A stretch of DNA of 64,000 nucleotides from an uncultured Actinomycetota bacterium (lineage in GTDB: Bacteria > Actinomycetota > Actinomycetes > Streptosporangiales > Streptosporangiaceae), in NCBI GenBank assembly GCA_963795335.1, contig CAWCHI010000010.1, forward strand, positions 453,367-517,366. The letters run 5' to 3'. The notes beneath the pieces were generated by a model that had not been told where the DNA came from, made no database searches, and worked only from the letters and a program-made list of their open reading frames with translations. Shown in pieces: positions 41,607 through 52,208 of the stretch. Both the position numbers and the translations under genes were made by a program. Position 1 is the first letter of the stretch. Every line of letters starts with the position of its first letter.

Positions 41607-41921
41607 GTGGCGAATGATTACGGGTACTCGACCGAGGATTTTCGGTTCAGGGTCCTCTCAGATGCATCGGACGATCTGTCCGGTGTCTATGAGGTCTGGT
41701 GGCAGGCCAACGCCTTGTAGCCTGAGTGGCCGTTGAGCCGGCGTCTCCAGTTGGCTGAGGATGCTGTGGCCAGGCTTGTGCGTGACGGTCTGGTCAGGCT
41801 GTACCAGGGGGATTGGAAGACGGCCGGTAGCCATCCGGTATCACTCGACGAGACGGAAGCGGTGTTGCGCGCGTGGGACACGTGGGCGATTCCTGATGGC
41901 CCGCATGTGTTCTTGTTGTGA
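41607..41921 (+). pseudogene. Degenerate small low-GC gene (orphan immunity-like) with in-frame TAG at 41718
   Basis: VANDYGYSTEDFRFRVLSDASDDLSGVYEVWWQANAL*PEWPLSRRLQLAEDAVARLVRDG... Confidence 0.5.
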
Positions 41922-42533
41922 CGCAGGAGGGCATTGCCATCCTGCAGAGCGGGCAAGGCTGAACGGCCGGCATCTGACGACGGTCCCGTTTGAGCGGTAA
42001 GAGGGAGACGCCCAGTAAGCGCAAGTATTGTCATTTAAGCTGTGCCTGTTGGTTCTCAGACAAGATGATGCTTTCGACGAGGCCGAGATTCTCCCTGAGG
42101 AAGGAAGTGGGCTTGCAGGTCACGCAATGAGCGGACATGCAGACCGCAAGGCAGCGAGTGCTATCAGGCGTCCTAATGGGCGCTCGCTTCCCGACTGATA
42201 GCCAACGCGGGCAGCCGGGAGCGCTGCAGAAAACCGCCGGACCGCCGGGCTGACCGGGATACCACGGTCTGTCCCGCCAGAATCTATACGCACACCGATC
42301 GACGCGAATGGGAGTTCGCGTACTTTATGCAAAATACTCAGTCTGGGGATGATCTGGCCACAGGCAGTGCGGCAAGCTAGGCCAGAGATTAACTCTGCTG
42401 TAGGTCGGCTGCCGCCGGGTCCGCCCCGGCGGTCGGGCACGCGCCAGCCACGCCTACGGTAGAAGACAGCGTCCGCCCGCGCGTTCCCGCGCTGCGGCGG
42501 GCGGCCCGCACGGTCTTCACGCAGGAGAGTGAC

Positions 42534-43985
42534 ATGAGTATCACCGAGCTCACCGGCCTCGACGTCCCGACCGGGCTGCTGATCGGGGGCGAGTGGAGCA
42601 AGGGGGGCGCGAGCTTCCCGGTCCTCAACCCCGCGACCGAGGAGCCGCTGGCCGAGGTCGCCGACGGCACCGTGGCCGACGCGCTCGACGCGGTCAGCGC
42701 CGCCCAGACGGCCCTGCCGGGCTGGGCGGCCACGCCGCCCCGGCAGCGGGCGGAGATCTTGCGCAAGGCGTTCGAGCTCATGACGGCCCGGTCGGAGCAG
42801 TTCGCCCGCCTCATGTCGGCCGAGAACGGCAAGTCGCTGCGCGACGCCCGGGGCGAGGCGGCCTACGCGGCCGAGTTCTTCCGCTGGTACGCCGAGGAGG
42901 CGGTCCGGATCGAGGGGACGCTGATGCGGGCGCCGGCCGGGGGCAACCGCATCCTCACCCTGCACCAGCCGATCGGGGTGGCGCTGCTGGTCACGCCGTG
43001 GAACTTCCCGGCCGCGATGGCGACAAGGAAGATCGGCCCGGCCCTGGCGGCGGGCTGCCCGGTCGTGCTCAAGCCGGCCGAGGACACCCCGCTGACCGCC
43101 CTCGCCCTGGCCGACCTGCTGCGCGAGGCGGGCGTTCCCGACGGTGTGGTCAACGTGGTCAGCACCAGCAAGCCGGCCGAGGTGGTGGCGGCGATGCTGG
43201 ACGACCCGCGGGTGCGCAAGCTCTCCTTCACCGGCTCGACCGAAGTCGGCCGGGTGCTGCTCGGCCAGGCGGCCAAGCGGGTCGTTAACACCTCGATGGA
43301 GCTCGGCGGGAACGCCCCGTTCATTATCTTCGACGACGCCGACATCCCCGCCGCGGTCGAGGGCGCGCTGATCGCCAAGATGCGCAACGGCGGCGAGGCC
43401 TGCACCGCCGCCAACCGCTTCTACGTCCACGAGGCGGTGGCCGACGAGTTCACCGCCGCCTTCGCCGCCCGGCTCAGGTCGCTGGTCGTCGGGCCCGGCC
43501 TGGACGAGGGCACCGACCTCGGCCCGCTGGTCAACGAGGCGACCCGGAGCAAGGTCGCGGGCCTGGTCGACGACGCCACCGGCCACGGCGCGGCCCTGGT
43601 GACCGGCGGGCGGGCCCCGGAGCGGCGCGGCTACTTCTACGAGCCGACCCTGCTCGACGCCGTGCCGGCCGACGCGGCGCTGCTCAGCACCGAGATCTTC
43701 GGGCCGGTCGCCCCGGTGGTCCGGTTCAGCGACGAGGCGGACGCGGTCCGCTGGGCCAACGCGTCCGAGTTCGGCCTCGTCTGCTACGTCTACACCGGGG
43801 ACCTGCGCCGCGGGCTGCGGGTGTCGGAGGCGCTGGAGACCGGCATGGTCGGGCTCAACCGCGGCCTGGTGTCCGACCCGGCCGCCCCGTTCGGCGGGGT
43901 CAAGCAGTCCGGCCTCGGCCGCGAGGGGGCCCACGAGGGGCTCCTGGAGTACACCGAGACCAAGTACATCGCGACCGACTGGTAA
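42534..43985 (+). CDS. gabD: NAD(P)-dependent succinate-semialdehyde dehydrogenase
   Basis: TPWNFP, FTGST, MELGGNAP, KMRNGGEACTAANR, EIFGP, PFGGVKQSGLGREG. Confidence 0.9.
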   Translation: MSITELTGLDVPTGLLIGGEWSKGGASFPVLNPATEEPLAEVADGTVADALDAVSAAQTALPGWAATPPRQRAEILRKAFELMTARSEQFARLMSAENGKSLRDARGEAAYAAEFFRWYAEEAVRIEGTLMRAPAGGNRILTLHQPIGVALLVTPWNFPAAMATRKIGPALAAGCPVVLKPAEDTPLTALALADLLREAGVPDGVVNVVSTSKPAEVVAAMLDDPRVRKLSFTGSTEVGRVLLGQAAKRVVNTSMELGGNAPFIIFDDADIPAAVEGALIAKMRNGGEACTAANRFYVHEAVADEFTAAFAARLRSLVVGPGLDEGTDLGPLVNEATRSKVAGLVDDATGHGAALVTGGRAPERRGYFYEPTLLDAVPADAALLSTEIFGPVAPVVRFSDEADAVRWANASEFGLVCYVYTGDLRRGLRVSEALETGMVGLNRGLVSDPAAPFGGVKQSGLGREGAHEGLLEYTETKYIATDW

Positions 43986-44233
43986 CGCGCGAACCCCCGC
44001 CGGCTGGGTCATTCCGGGCGGCGGTCCGGGCCCTGCGGGCAGCTAGCAGGCCAAGATCATGCGGTCCGGACCGGGACCGCCGGTCCATCCGCGCGCTTAG
44101 TGAGAAATTAAGAAGTGTTAACCACTTACCTAATTAGGTGTCGGGCTGAGCTGCCAGCGGAATGCCGATACAGTAGGCGCGCGGTTTTCGGCCGGGCATA
44201 ACGTGCCCACCCCAGCGAAGGAGATTGGCGAGC

Positions 44234-45452
44234 ATGACGACACCGGCTTCAGGGCCCGAGTTCGAGCGCGACGTGGTCGTGGTCGGCGGCTGTGGGCATG
44301 TGGGCCTGCCGTTGGCGATCGCGTTCGCTGAGCGGGGTTTGCGGGTGGGGATTTATGATGTGGGTGCGGCGGCGGTGGAGACGGTGAACGCGGGGCGGTT
44401 GCCGTTTGATGAGCCGGGGGCGGGGCCGGTGCTGGAGCGGGCGGTGGGTTCGGGGGCGCTGGTGGCGTCGGCGGACCCGGCGATTGTGGGCAGTGCGGAG
44501 CATGTGGTGGTGGTGATCGGGACGCCGGTCGATGAGCACCTGAACCCGAACCAGACCGCGATCCCGAAGGCGCTGGGGGGGTGTGCGCCGTTCCTGCGGG
44601 ATGGGCAGTTGCTGGTGTTGCGGTCGACGGTGTTCCCGGGGGTGACCGCGCTGGTGGAGAAGATGGTGGCGGGGCTGGGGGTGTCGATTGAGGTGGCGTT
44701 CTGCCCGGAGCGGATCGCGGAGGGCAAGGCGATGACGGAGCTGTTCAGCTTGCCGCAGATCGTCTCGGCCCGCAGCCCGCGGGGCCTGGAGCGGGCGCGG
44801 GCGTTGTTCAGCCATCTGACGGGGACGGTGGTGGAGCTGTCGCCGGAGGAGGCGGAGCTGGCGAAGTTGTTCACCAATGTGTGGCGGTACATCAAGTTCG
44901 CGGCGGCGAACCAGTTCTACATGATGGCCAATGACCGGGGGCTGGACTTCGAGCGGATCCGGGTGGGCCTGAGCACGGATTACCCGCGGGCGGCGGATAT
45001 GCCGGGGGCGGGGTTCGCGGCGGGGCCGTGTTTGTTCAAGGACACGATGCAGCTGGCCGCTTTGGCGAACAACAATTTCGCGCTGGGGCATACCGCGATG
45101 ACGGTGAACGAGGGGCTGCCGCTGTATGTGGTGTCCCGGCTGGAGCAGCGGTATGACCTGGGGTCGCTGACGGTCGGGATTTTGGGGATGGCGTTCAAGG
45201 GGGAGAGCGACGACATCCGCTCAGAGCTTGTCCTACAAGCTGAAGCGGGTGCTGGAGTTCAAGGCCGACAAGGTGCTGTGCGCTGACCCGTATGTCACGA
45301 CCGACCCCCGGCTGGTCCCGCAGGAGCAGGTCATCCGCGAGGCCGACGTGATCGTGATCGCGACCCCGCACCCGCAGTACCGCGGCCTCGACCTGGGCGG
45401 CAAACCCGCCGCCGACATCTGGAACGTCCTCGGGCAGGGAGTGCGCATATGA
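44234..45452 (+). CDS. Nucleotide-sugar dehydrogenase (WecC / UDP-Glc/GDP-Man DH family; frameshift near 45225)
   Basis: GGCGHVGLP, LRSTVFPG, FCPERIAEG, AELAKLFTN, GPCLFKD, GMAFKGESDDIR; C-tail in ORF 45228-45452. Confidence 0.88.
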
Positions 45453-46219
45453 CCGTCGAGGTGCCCCGGGTCTCCGTGGTGGTGCCCGCCTACAACGAGG
45501 GCAGCCACATCGTCCCGGTGCTTGACCGGATCTTCGAGTCGGTGCGCCTGCAGTGCGAGGTGCTCGTGATCGTCGACGCCCCCGACGACACCACCGTCCC
45601 GGTCGTGACCGCCTACTCCGAGAAGGAGCCGCGGCTGCGCTACCTCATCAACACCTACGGCCGCGGGCCCGCCAACGCCATCCGGTTCGGCATCGACGCC
45701 GCCGCGGCCCCGGTCGCGGTGGTGACGATGGCCGACGGGTGCGACGACCCGCGGCAGATCGACGACCTCGCCCGGCTCGTCGACCGGGGGGTGGCGGTCG
45801 CCGCCGCGTCCCGCTACATGCCCGGCGGCCAGCAGGTCGGCGGTCCCCTGCTGAAGGGGCTGCTGTCGAAGACCGCGGGCCGGTCGCTGGCGCTGCTGGC
45901 CCGCATCGGCACCCGGGACGCGACCAACTCGTTCAAGGCCTACTCGACCGAGTTCGTGCACGAGGTCGGGATCGACTCCCGGGCCGGCTTCGAGATCGGC
46001 ATCGAGCTCACGGCCAAGGCCCGCCGGCTGCGGCTGCCGGTGGCGGAAATCCCCACGATCTGGCTCGACCGACAGGCCGGGGTTTCGAATTTCAAGGTCG
46101 CACAGTGGATCCCCGGGTACCTTCGGTGGTACAAATTCGCGTTCGGTGCCAAGCTGACCCCCGAAGAGATCCGGGGCAGCAGCGGCGAGCACCAGGGAAA
46201 GGAAGCACAGACTCGATGA
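45449..46219 (+). CDS. GT2 glycosyltransferase (polyprenol-phosphate glycosyltransferase-like)
   Basis: SVVVPAYNE, MADG, ASRYMPGG, DATNSFKAY, EIP. Confidence 0.9.
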   Translation: MTVEVPRVSVVVPAYNEGSHIVPVLDRIFESVRLQCEVLVIVDAPDDTTVPVVTAYSEKEPRLRYLINTYGRGPANAIRFGIDAAAAPVAVVTMADGCDDPRQIDDLARLVDRGVAVAAASRYMPGGQQVGGPLLKGLLSKTAGRSLALLARIGTRDATNSFKAYSTEFVHEVGIDSRAGFEIGIELTAKARRLRLPVAEIPTIWLDRQAGVSNFKVAQWIPGYLRWYKFAFGAKLTPEEIRGSSGEHQGKEAQTR

Positions 46220-47240
46220 AGGTTCTCGTCAGCGGTTCGGCCGGGTTCATCGGCGGTTACGTCGTCGAGGAGCTGCTCGGCCGCGGCCACTCCGTGGTCG
46301 GCGTGGACAACTTCTCCAAGTACGGGAAGGTCGCGAAGTCCTACGACAACCACCCCGAGTACCGCCTGGTCGAGGGTGACTGCCGCGACACCGAGCTGAT
46401 GACCAGCCTGCTGTCGGACTGCGATCACTTCATCGCGGGCGCGGCGCATGATCGGCGGCATCTCCTACTTCCACACCTACGCCTACGACCTGCTCGCCAC
46501 CAACGAGCGGATCATCGCCGCGTCGTGCGACGCCGCGATCAAGGCGCACAAGGAAGGCCGCCTGCAGAAGGTCACCTACCTGTCGTCCTCGATGGTGTTC
46601 GAGTCGACCGCCGAGTGGCCGTCCTTCGAGGGCCAGGAGCGCGAAGTCCCGCCGCCGCTGTCGTCCTACGGCTTCCAGAAGCTGGCGGTCGAGTACTTCG
46701 CCCGCGCCGCCTGGGACCAGTACCAGCTGCCCTACACCATCGTGCGGCCGTTCAACTGCGTCGGCATCGGTGAGTCACGCGCCCTCGGCGACGAGGAGAT
46801 CATGTCCGGCAACGTCAAGCTGGCCATGAGCCACGTCGTGCCCGACCTGGTCCAGAAGGTGTACAAGGGGCAGGACCCGCTGCACATCCTCGGCACCGGC
46901 GAGCAGATCCGGCACTACACCTACGGCGGTGACCTCGCCCGCGGCATCGCCACCGCGATGGAGCACCCGGCCGCGCTCAACGACGACTTCAACCTGTCGA
47001 CCGCCGCCGTCCACCACGGTGCTGGAGCTGGCCGAGACGATCTGGCGCAAGATCAAGGGCCCGGACGAGCCGCTTCGCGTCGTCTCCGACGACCCGTTCG
47101 AGTACGACGTGCAGCGCCGGGTGCCCGCCACCGAGAAGGCCAAGCGGGTGCTCGGCTTCGAGGCGACCACCACCCTCGACGAGATGCTCGACGAGGTCAT
47201 CCCGTGGATTGGCGCCGCCATCGAGGCCGGCAACATCTAG
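46216..47240 (+). CDS. NAD-dependent epimerase/dehydratase (frameshifts near 46447 and 47010)
   Basis: SGSAGFIG, LSSSMVF, YGFQK, RPFNCVG, GEQIRHYTY, DVQRRVP. Confidence 0.88.
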
Positions 47241-47279
47241 CGCAGTTTCGCCTGGCCCGTCTCAGCAGCGGGCTGACAG

Positions 47280-47327
47280 GCGAAGGCGGCGGCCCGGGCG
47301 TATCCCGCCCGGGCCGCCGCCTTTCGC
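47280..47327 (+). terminator. Long GC stem-loop downstream of the sugar operon
   Basis: AAGGCGGCGGCCCGGGCG-TATCC-CGCCCGGGCCGCCGCCTT. Confidence 0.65.
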
Positions 47328-47497
47328 ATTCCGCTGCCAGATGTCCGCTTCGTCCCTCCGCACCCCGGCTGAGCTGCGAACGGGCGACCGGGTGAGCGCC
47401 TATACCGGCGACCAGGTCCCGCCCGGGGCACAGCCGGTGGCCCGGCTTCAGCGAGCCATAGTGACCAGCGGCACTAAGAGAACGTAGCCTAGGGACT

Positions 47498-48856
47498 GTG
47501 GACAGGCGAATATTCGGGCTCGAGAACGAGTACGGCGTTACATGCACCTTCCGGGGACAGCGGCGGCTGTCACCCGATGAGGTGGCCCGCTACCTCTTCC
47601 GCCGGGTTGTGTCGTGGGGTCGCAGCAGCAATGTCTTCCTCCGCAACGGCGCCCGCCTGTACCTGGACGTGGGCAGCCACCCGGAGTACGCCACCCCCGA
47701 ATGTGACAACGTGGTCGACCTGGTCGCCCACGACAAGGCAGGGGAGCGGATCCTCGAGGGCCTGCTGGTCGACGCCGACCGGCGGCTGCGCGAAGAGGGC
47801 ATCGCAGGAGACATCTACCTGTTCAAGAACAACACCGACTCGGCCGGCAACTCCTACGGCTGCCACGAGAACTACCTCGTCGGCAGGCACGGCGAGTTCG
47901 GCGGGCTGGCCGACATCCTCATCCCGTTCCTGGTCACCCGGCAGATCATCTGCGGGGCGGGCAAGGTCCTGCAGACCCCGCGCGGCGCCGTCTACTGCGT
48001 CAGCCAGCGGGCCGAGCACATCTGGGAAGGCGTCTCCAGCGCCACCACCCGGTCCCGGCCGATCATCAACACCCGCGACGAGCCGCACGCGGACGCCGAG
48101 CGGTTCCGGCGGCTGCACGTCATCGTGGGCGACTCCAACATGTCCGAGACCACGATGCTGCTCAAGGTCGGCTCGACCGACCTGGTGCTGCGCATGGTCG
48201 AGGCGGGCGTGGTGCTGCGGGACATGACCCTGGACAACCCGATCCGGGCCATCCGCGAGGTCAGCCACGACATGACCGGGCGCTCCCGGGTCCGGCTGGC
48301 CAACGGCCGCGAGATGTCGGCCCTGGAGATCCAGTGGGAGTACCTGAACCGGGCCAAGGACTTCACCGACAAGAACGGCCTCGACCCGATCAGCAAGCGC
48401 GTCCTGGAGATGTGGGAGCGGGCGCTGACCGCGATCGAGGACGGCGACCTGGACCGGATCGCGCGTGAGATCGACTGGGTGACCAAGTACCAGCTGATCG
48501 AGCGGTACCGGGCCAAGCACGACCTGCCGCTGTCGGCTCCCCGGATCGCCCAGCTCGACCTGGCCTACCACGACGTGCACCGCGGCCGGGGCCTTTACTA
48601 CCTGCTGCAGCGCAACGGCGCGGTTGACCGGGTGACCACCGACCTGAAGATCTTCGAGGCCAAGTCGATCCCGCCGCAGACCACCCGGGCCAAGCTGCGG
48701 GGCGAGTTCATCCGGCGGGCCCAGGACAAGCGCCGTGACTTCACCGTCGACTGGGTCCACCTGAAGCTGAACGACCAGGCCCAGCGCACGGTGCTGTGCA
48801 AGGACCCGTTCCGCTCGGTCGACGAGCGGGTCGAGAAGCTCATCGCCGGCATGTAG
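47498..48856 (+). CDS. pafA: Pup--protein ligase
   Basis: [66 protein letters not shown]. Confidence 0.98.
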   Translation: MDRRIFGLENEYGVTCTFRGQRRLSPDEVARYLFRRVVSWGRSSNVFLRNGARLYLDVGSHPEYATPECDNVVDLVAHDKAGERILEGLLVDADRRLREEGIAGDIYLFKNNTDSAGNSYGCHENYLVGRHGEFGGLADILIPFLVTRQIICGAGKVLQTPRGAVYCVSQRAEHIWEGVSSATTRSRPIINTRDEPHADAERFRRLHVIVGDSNMSETTMLLKVGSTDLVLRMVEAGVVLRDMTLDNPIRAIREVSHDMTGRSRVRLANGREMSALEIQWEYLNRAKDFTDKNGLDPISKRVLEMWERALTAIEDGDLDRIAREIDWVTKYQLIERYRAKHDLPLSAPRIAQLDLAYHDVHRGRGLYYLLQRNGAVDRVTTDLKIFEAKSIPPQTTRAKLRGEFIRRAQDKRRDFTVDWVHLKLNDQAQRTVLCKDPFRSVDERVEKLIAGM

Positions 48857-48901
48857 CCGCAGCCGGCGACACGTCGCCCGCCGCCGGCCGGGTCACCCCG
48901 G

Positions 48902-50152
48902 CTACTCGAAGAGCACCCGGCGGCGGGCGGCCACGACCAGCACGGCCAGCGCCATCGCCGCCAGCGCGCCGAGCCGCCGGCGGGTAACGCCCCGGTCGGG
49001 CGTTCCCAGCAGCAGCACCACCGCCATCAGGTACACCTCGATGAACGTGCGGCCCTCGCCGAAGACGCTGTCCCAGAACTGCCCGGACGCGATCACCATC
49101 TCCAGCGTCACGAAGCCGAGGAAGGCGAGCCGCTCGTACGGCGGCGCGGTGGTGGTCCGCAGGACCAGGCAGCCGGCCACCACGGCGGTGGCCAGCGCGG
49201 CGAACTCGAGCAGGTTGTAGTCGTAGCGGCCGAGCGTGGTCCAGCTGGTCCGGGCGATGTCCCGGTAGACCCCGGGCACCAGCGCCTTCAGCGGCCAGGT
49301 CAGGTTGGCCGAGGCGTCGGCCAGGCCGCCCGCCTGGCCGGGCACGGTCAGCCGCTGGATCACCTGCAGCAGCAGGTACAGGGCGCCGGGGACGGTCCAG
49401 GCGAGGTCGGGCAGGCCCGGCCGGGCGCGGTGGCGGGCGAACTGCCCCAGCCGGGTCAGCGCCAGCGCGGCCGGCAGCACCAGCACCGGCTCGTTGGTGA
49501 AGACGGCGTAGCCGATCAGCCCGGCGGCCAGCACGTAGCGGGCCCGCCGGTAGGCCAGCAGCCCGCCCAGCAGGCACGCGTCGGCCAGCGGCTCCGAGGT
49601 GTCCCGCCCGACGCTCACCACCAGGCCGAAGTAGGCGGCGAAGAGCAGCCCCCACAGCGCGTGCCGCCCGCCTTCGCGGGCGAAGACCGCCCCCACCCAC
49701 GCCATCGCGGCCACGCTGAGCAGGTTGACCGTCACCAGCGCGAGCGGCAGCAGCCGGCCGTGGCCGCCGCCGGACAGCAGCCAGGCGGCGACCGAGTACC
49801 CGATCCGGGTGTAGCGGTAGGGGTGGTCGACGGTGATGCCGTAGGCGGTCAGGTGCCAGTTGAACGGGTCGAAGGCGAAGCGGTAGTAGAACTGGCCGTC
49901 GTACCCCTTGCCCGGCACGTGGGCGATCGTCGGGGACATCAGCGCCGGGTGGCTGTAGGTCGTGCCCGATGCGATGAACAGGCTGAGCTGCCCGTGCGCC
50001 CACACCGTGAGCCGGGCCACGACGAAGACGGCCCAGCCGGCCAGCGCGATCAGCCCGGCCGTGGCCGGCCGGTTCAGCCGGCCGCGCCAGTCCAGGCGGC
50101 GGGCGATGGCCCGGGACGGCGGGGCCGCATCGGAGATGGGAGTGAGCTGCAC
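48902..50152 (-). CDS. Polytopic GT-C-like membrane protein (GYDGQFYY family)
   Basis: GYDGQFYY...YRYTRIGY loop after TM1, multiple TM segments. Confidence 0.65.
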   Translation of the reverse strand: MQLTPISDAAPPSRAIARRLDWRGRLNRPATAGLIALAGWAVFVVARLTVWAHGQLSLFIASGTTYSHPALMSPTIAHVPGKGYDGQFYYRFAFDPFNWHLTAYGITVDHPYRYTRIGYSVAAWLLSGGGHGRLLPLALVTVNLLSVAAMAWVGAVFAREGGRHALWGLLFAAYFGLVVSVGRDTSEPLADACLLGGLLAYRRARYVLAAGLIGYAVFTNEPVLVLPAALALTRLGQFARHRARPGLPDLAWTVPGALYLLLQVIQRLTVPGQAGGLADASANLTWPLKALVPGVYRDIARTSWTTLGRYDYNLLEFAALATAVVAGCLVLRTTTAPPYERLAFLGFVTLEMVIASGQFWDSVFGEGRTFIEVYLMAVVLLLGTPDRGVTRRRLGALAAMALAVLVVAARRRVLFE

Positions 50153-50226
50153 CGCGGGAGTCCGTCCTCGGGAGATCGCGCCTTCGCCTGCCGCTGGCGC
50201 CGCTGACGATTACTGTGTGACACATT

Positions 50227-52020
50227 ATGACTGCGCTGCGTACTGTGGCCGCCGTTTCGACGCGCCCGCCGCGGAACCCGCGTACCCGGTGGGCTGGCGC
50301 GGCCGTCTTCCTCGTCCTGCTGGCGCTGCTGTTCACCGCCTGGCTGCGGCTGTCGCGGACCTGCCCGGAGAACTCCGACGAGGCCAACCTCCTGCTGATG
50401 GCGAGCGACCTGGCCCACGGGAACTGGAACCTGGCTGGCTGGACCATCTCCGACGTCCCCTTCATCACCACCGAGCTGCCGGAGCTCGCGGTCCTGGTCC
50501 GGCTGTTCGGCCTGCACCTGGAGACTGCGCACGTCGCCGCGGCCCTGACCTACACGGTCGTCGCCGGCACCGCGATGCTGCTGGCGGCGTCGTCCGCCAG
50601 TCGTCGGCGCGGGACGGGGCACCCGCTGGTGCGGATGGCGGTGGTGCTCGCGATCATGGGATGCCCGCAGCCCGGCGTCGGCGTCTTCGTGCTGCTGTTG
50701 TCGGTCGGCCACATCGGGACCGCCGCCCCCGTCATGCTCACCTGGCTGTTCCTCGACCGCTGGTGGCCCGCGGGCGCTCCGTCGCCGGGGAGTGGCGCCC
50801 CCGCGCCCCGCACCGCCTGGTGGATGCCGCTGACGGCCGGCGCGATGCTGACCTGGGCCCTCCTGGCCGACCCGCTGGTGCTGGTCATCGCGGTGCTCCC
50901 GGTGCTGGTGACCGCGGCCGCGCGGGTCGCAGGGGAACTGCTGCCCCGGATGAGGAACGGGGGCGGGCTCCGCCTCGCCGCACCCGTCCTCGCCCGCCGC
51001 TGGCTGGAGCTGGCGCTGGCGGGCGCGGCTGCCGCCGCCTGCCTGGCCGCCTGGTGCGGCCAGCGGCTGCTGCGCGCGACCGGCGGGTACACCCAGCCGG
51101 CCGTCCCGTACCGGCTCGACCCGGTCAGCACCTGGTACCCGCACACGCAGACGGTGGCCCACGGCCTGCTCACCCTGTTCGGCGCCTTCTTCCTGCCCGG
51201 CGACGCGGTCAACCGGCTCGGACCCGGGAGCTTCGCCGCCGGGCCCCCGCTGACCGGCTTCACCGAGGCGCTCGCGGTCACCCGGCTCGCCTGCGTCGCC
51301 CTGGCCGTGGCGGGCGCCGTGGTCGCCGCCCGGCGCTTCTTCCGCCGCGACGCCGACCTGGTCGGCCAGCTCCTGCTGGCCGGCCTGGTGGCGAACCTGG
51401 TCGCCTACGTCCCCAGCTCGCTGGCTGCCGCCACCGCCCTCAACGTGCGGGAAATCGCCCCGGTCCTGCCGTTCGCCGCGGTCCTCGCCGCCCGCACGCT
51501 GGGCGGCCGGCTCGCCTGGCCCTACGGTGCCCCGCCCAGCCTTCGCCGCGACCGGATCCTGGCGGGCGGCCTGGCCGCGTTGTTCGCCTGGTACGGCCTG
51601 GGCCTGCTGGTCCAGGCACGGTTGCCGGCCGCGCCCGACCCGTTCGCCCGCCTGGAGGTGTTCCTCGAAGCGCATCACCTGCGCTCCGGCATCGGCGGCT
51701 ACTGGGACGCGAGCGTCATGACCGTCGGCACCGGGGGTGCCGTCACCATTCGCGCGGTCACCGCGGGCTGCGCCCAGCCGTACGCCTGGGAATCCAAGCG
51801 CGCGTGGTACGACCCGGCCGCCGGCCACGCCAGTTTCCTGCTGGCCTCGGACCAGCCCGGTTACTTCGGGCGGTGGCTGGCGTCGCCCGCCGCCAGCGCT
51901 GGCCTGGCGCGGCTGCTGCCGCCCGGTCACCCGGCCGTGGCGAATCCCGGTGAGGGCTACCAGGTCAGTCTCTACCGGGGCAACGTGCTGGCGGCGCTGC
52001 CCCGGCTGGCGCACTGCTGA
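50227..52020 (+). CDS. Polytopic GT-C-like membrane protein
   Basis: TM1 followed by NSDEA..DLAHGNWNLAGWTISD, many TM segments, GGYWDAS C-domain; paralog of 56591-58380. Confidence 0.65.
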   Translation: MTALRTVAAVSTRPPRNPRTRWAGAAVFLVLLALLFTAWLRLSRTCPENSDEANLLLMASDLAHGNWNLAGWTISDVPFITTELPELAVLVRLFGLHLETAHVAAALTYTVVAGTAMLLAASSASRRRGTGHPLVRMAVVLAIMGCPQPGVGVFVLLLSVGHIGTAAPVMLTWLFLDRWWPAGAPSPGSGAPAPRTAWWMPLTAGAMLTWALLADPLVLVIAVLPVLVTAAARVAGELLPRMRNGGGLRLAAPVLARRWLELALAGAAAAACLAAWCGQRLLRATGGYTQPAVPYRLDPVSTWYPHTQTVAHGLLTLFGAFFLPGDAVNRLGPGSFAAGPPLTGFTEALAVTRLACVALAVAGAVVAARRFFRRDADLVGQLLLAGLVANLVAYVPSSLAAATALNVREIAPVLPFAAVLAARTLGGRLAWPYGAPPSLRRDRILAGGLAALFAWYGLGLLVQARLPAAPDPFARLEVFLEAHHLRSGIGGYWDASVMTVGTGGAVTIRAVTAGCAQPYAWESKRAWYDPAAGHASFLLASDQPGYFGRWLASPAASAGLARLLPPGHPAVANPGEGYQVSLYRGNVLAALPRLAHC

Positions 52021-52208
52021 GCCCGCCCGAGGCCCCGCGGGCGCAGCGAAGCTGAACGTTTGCTGTCGATCAGGCCAAGCGCACGGAGCCCCCGGTGACG
52101 GCGGGTAGCCTAGGTACGCTTTACCCATCCCGTGGAAAGCGGTGCCGGACGTGGGGCCTTCCTCCGCCGCCGCGCCAGCGTCATCCCGCCTGACCCGAGA
52201 GGTTTTCC

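Noticed and set aside
41930-42400. Lower-GC tract at the right edge of the toxin locus as an RNA gene or CDS
   Set aside because: No credible ORF, tRNA fold or recognisable ncRNA; probably decayed island sequence.
44290-45210. T-rich codons as a footprint of the DddA-like deaminase acting on its own genome
   Set aside because: The shift includes many G-ending codons and no evident TC-context bias; no evidence links it to the toxin.
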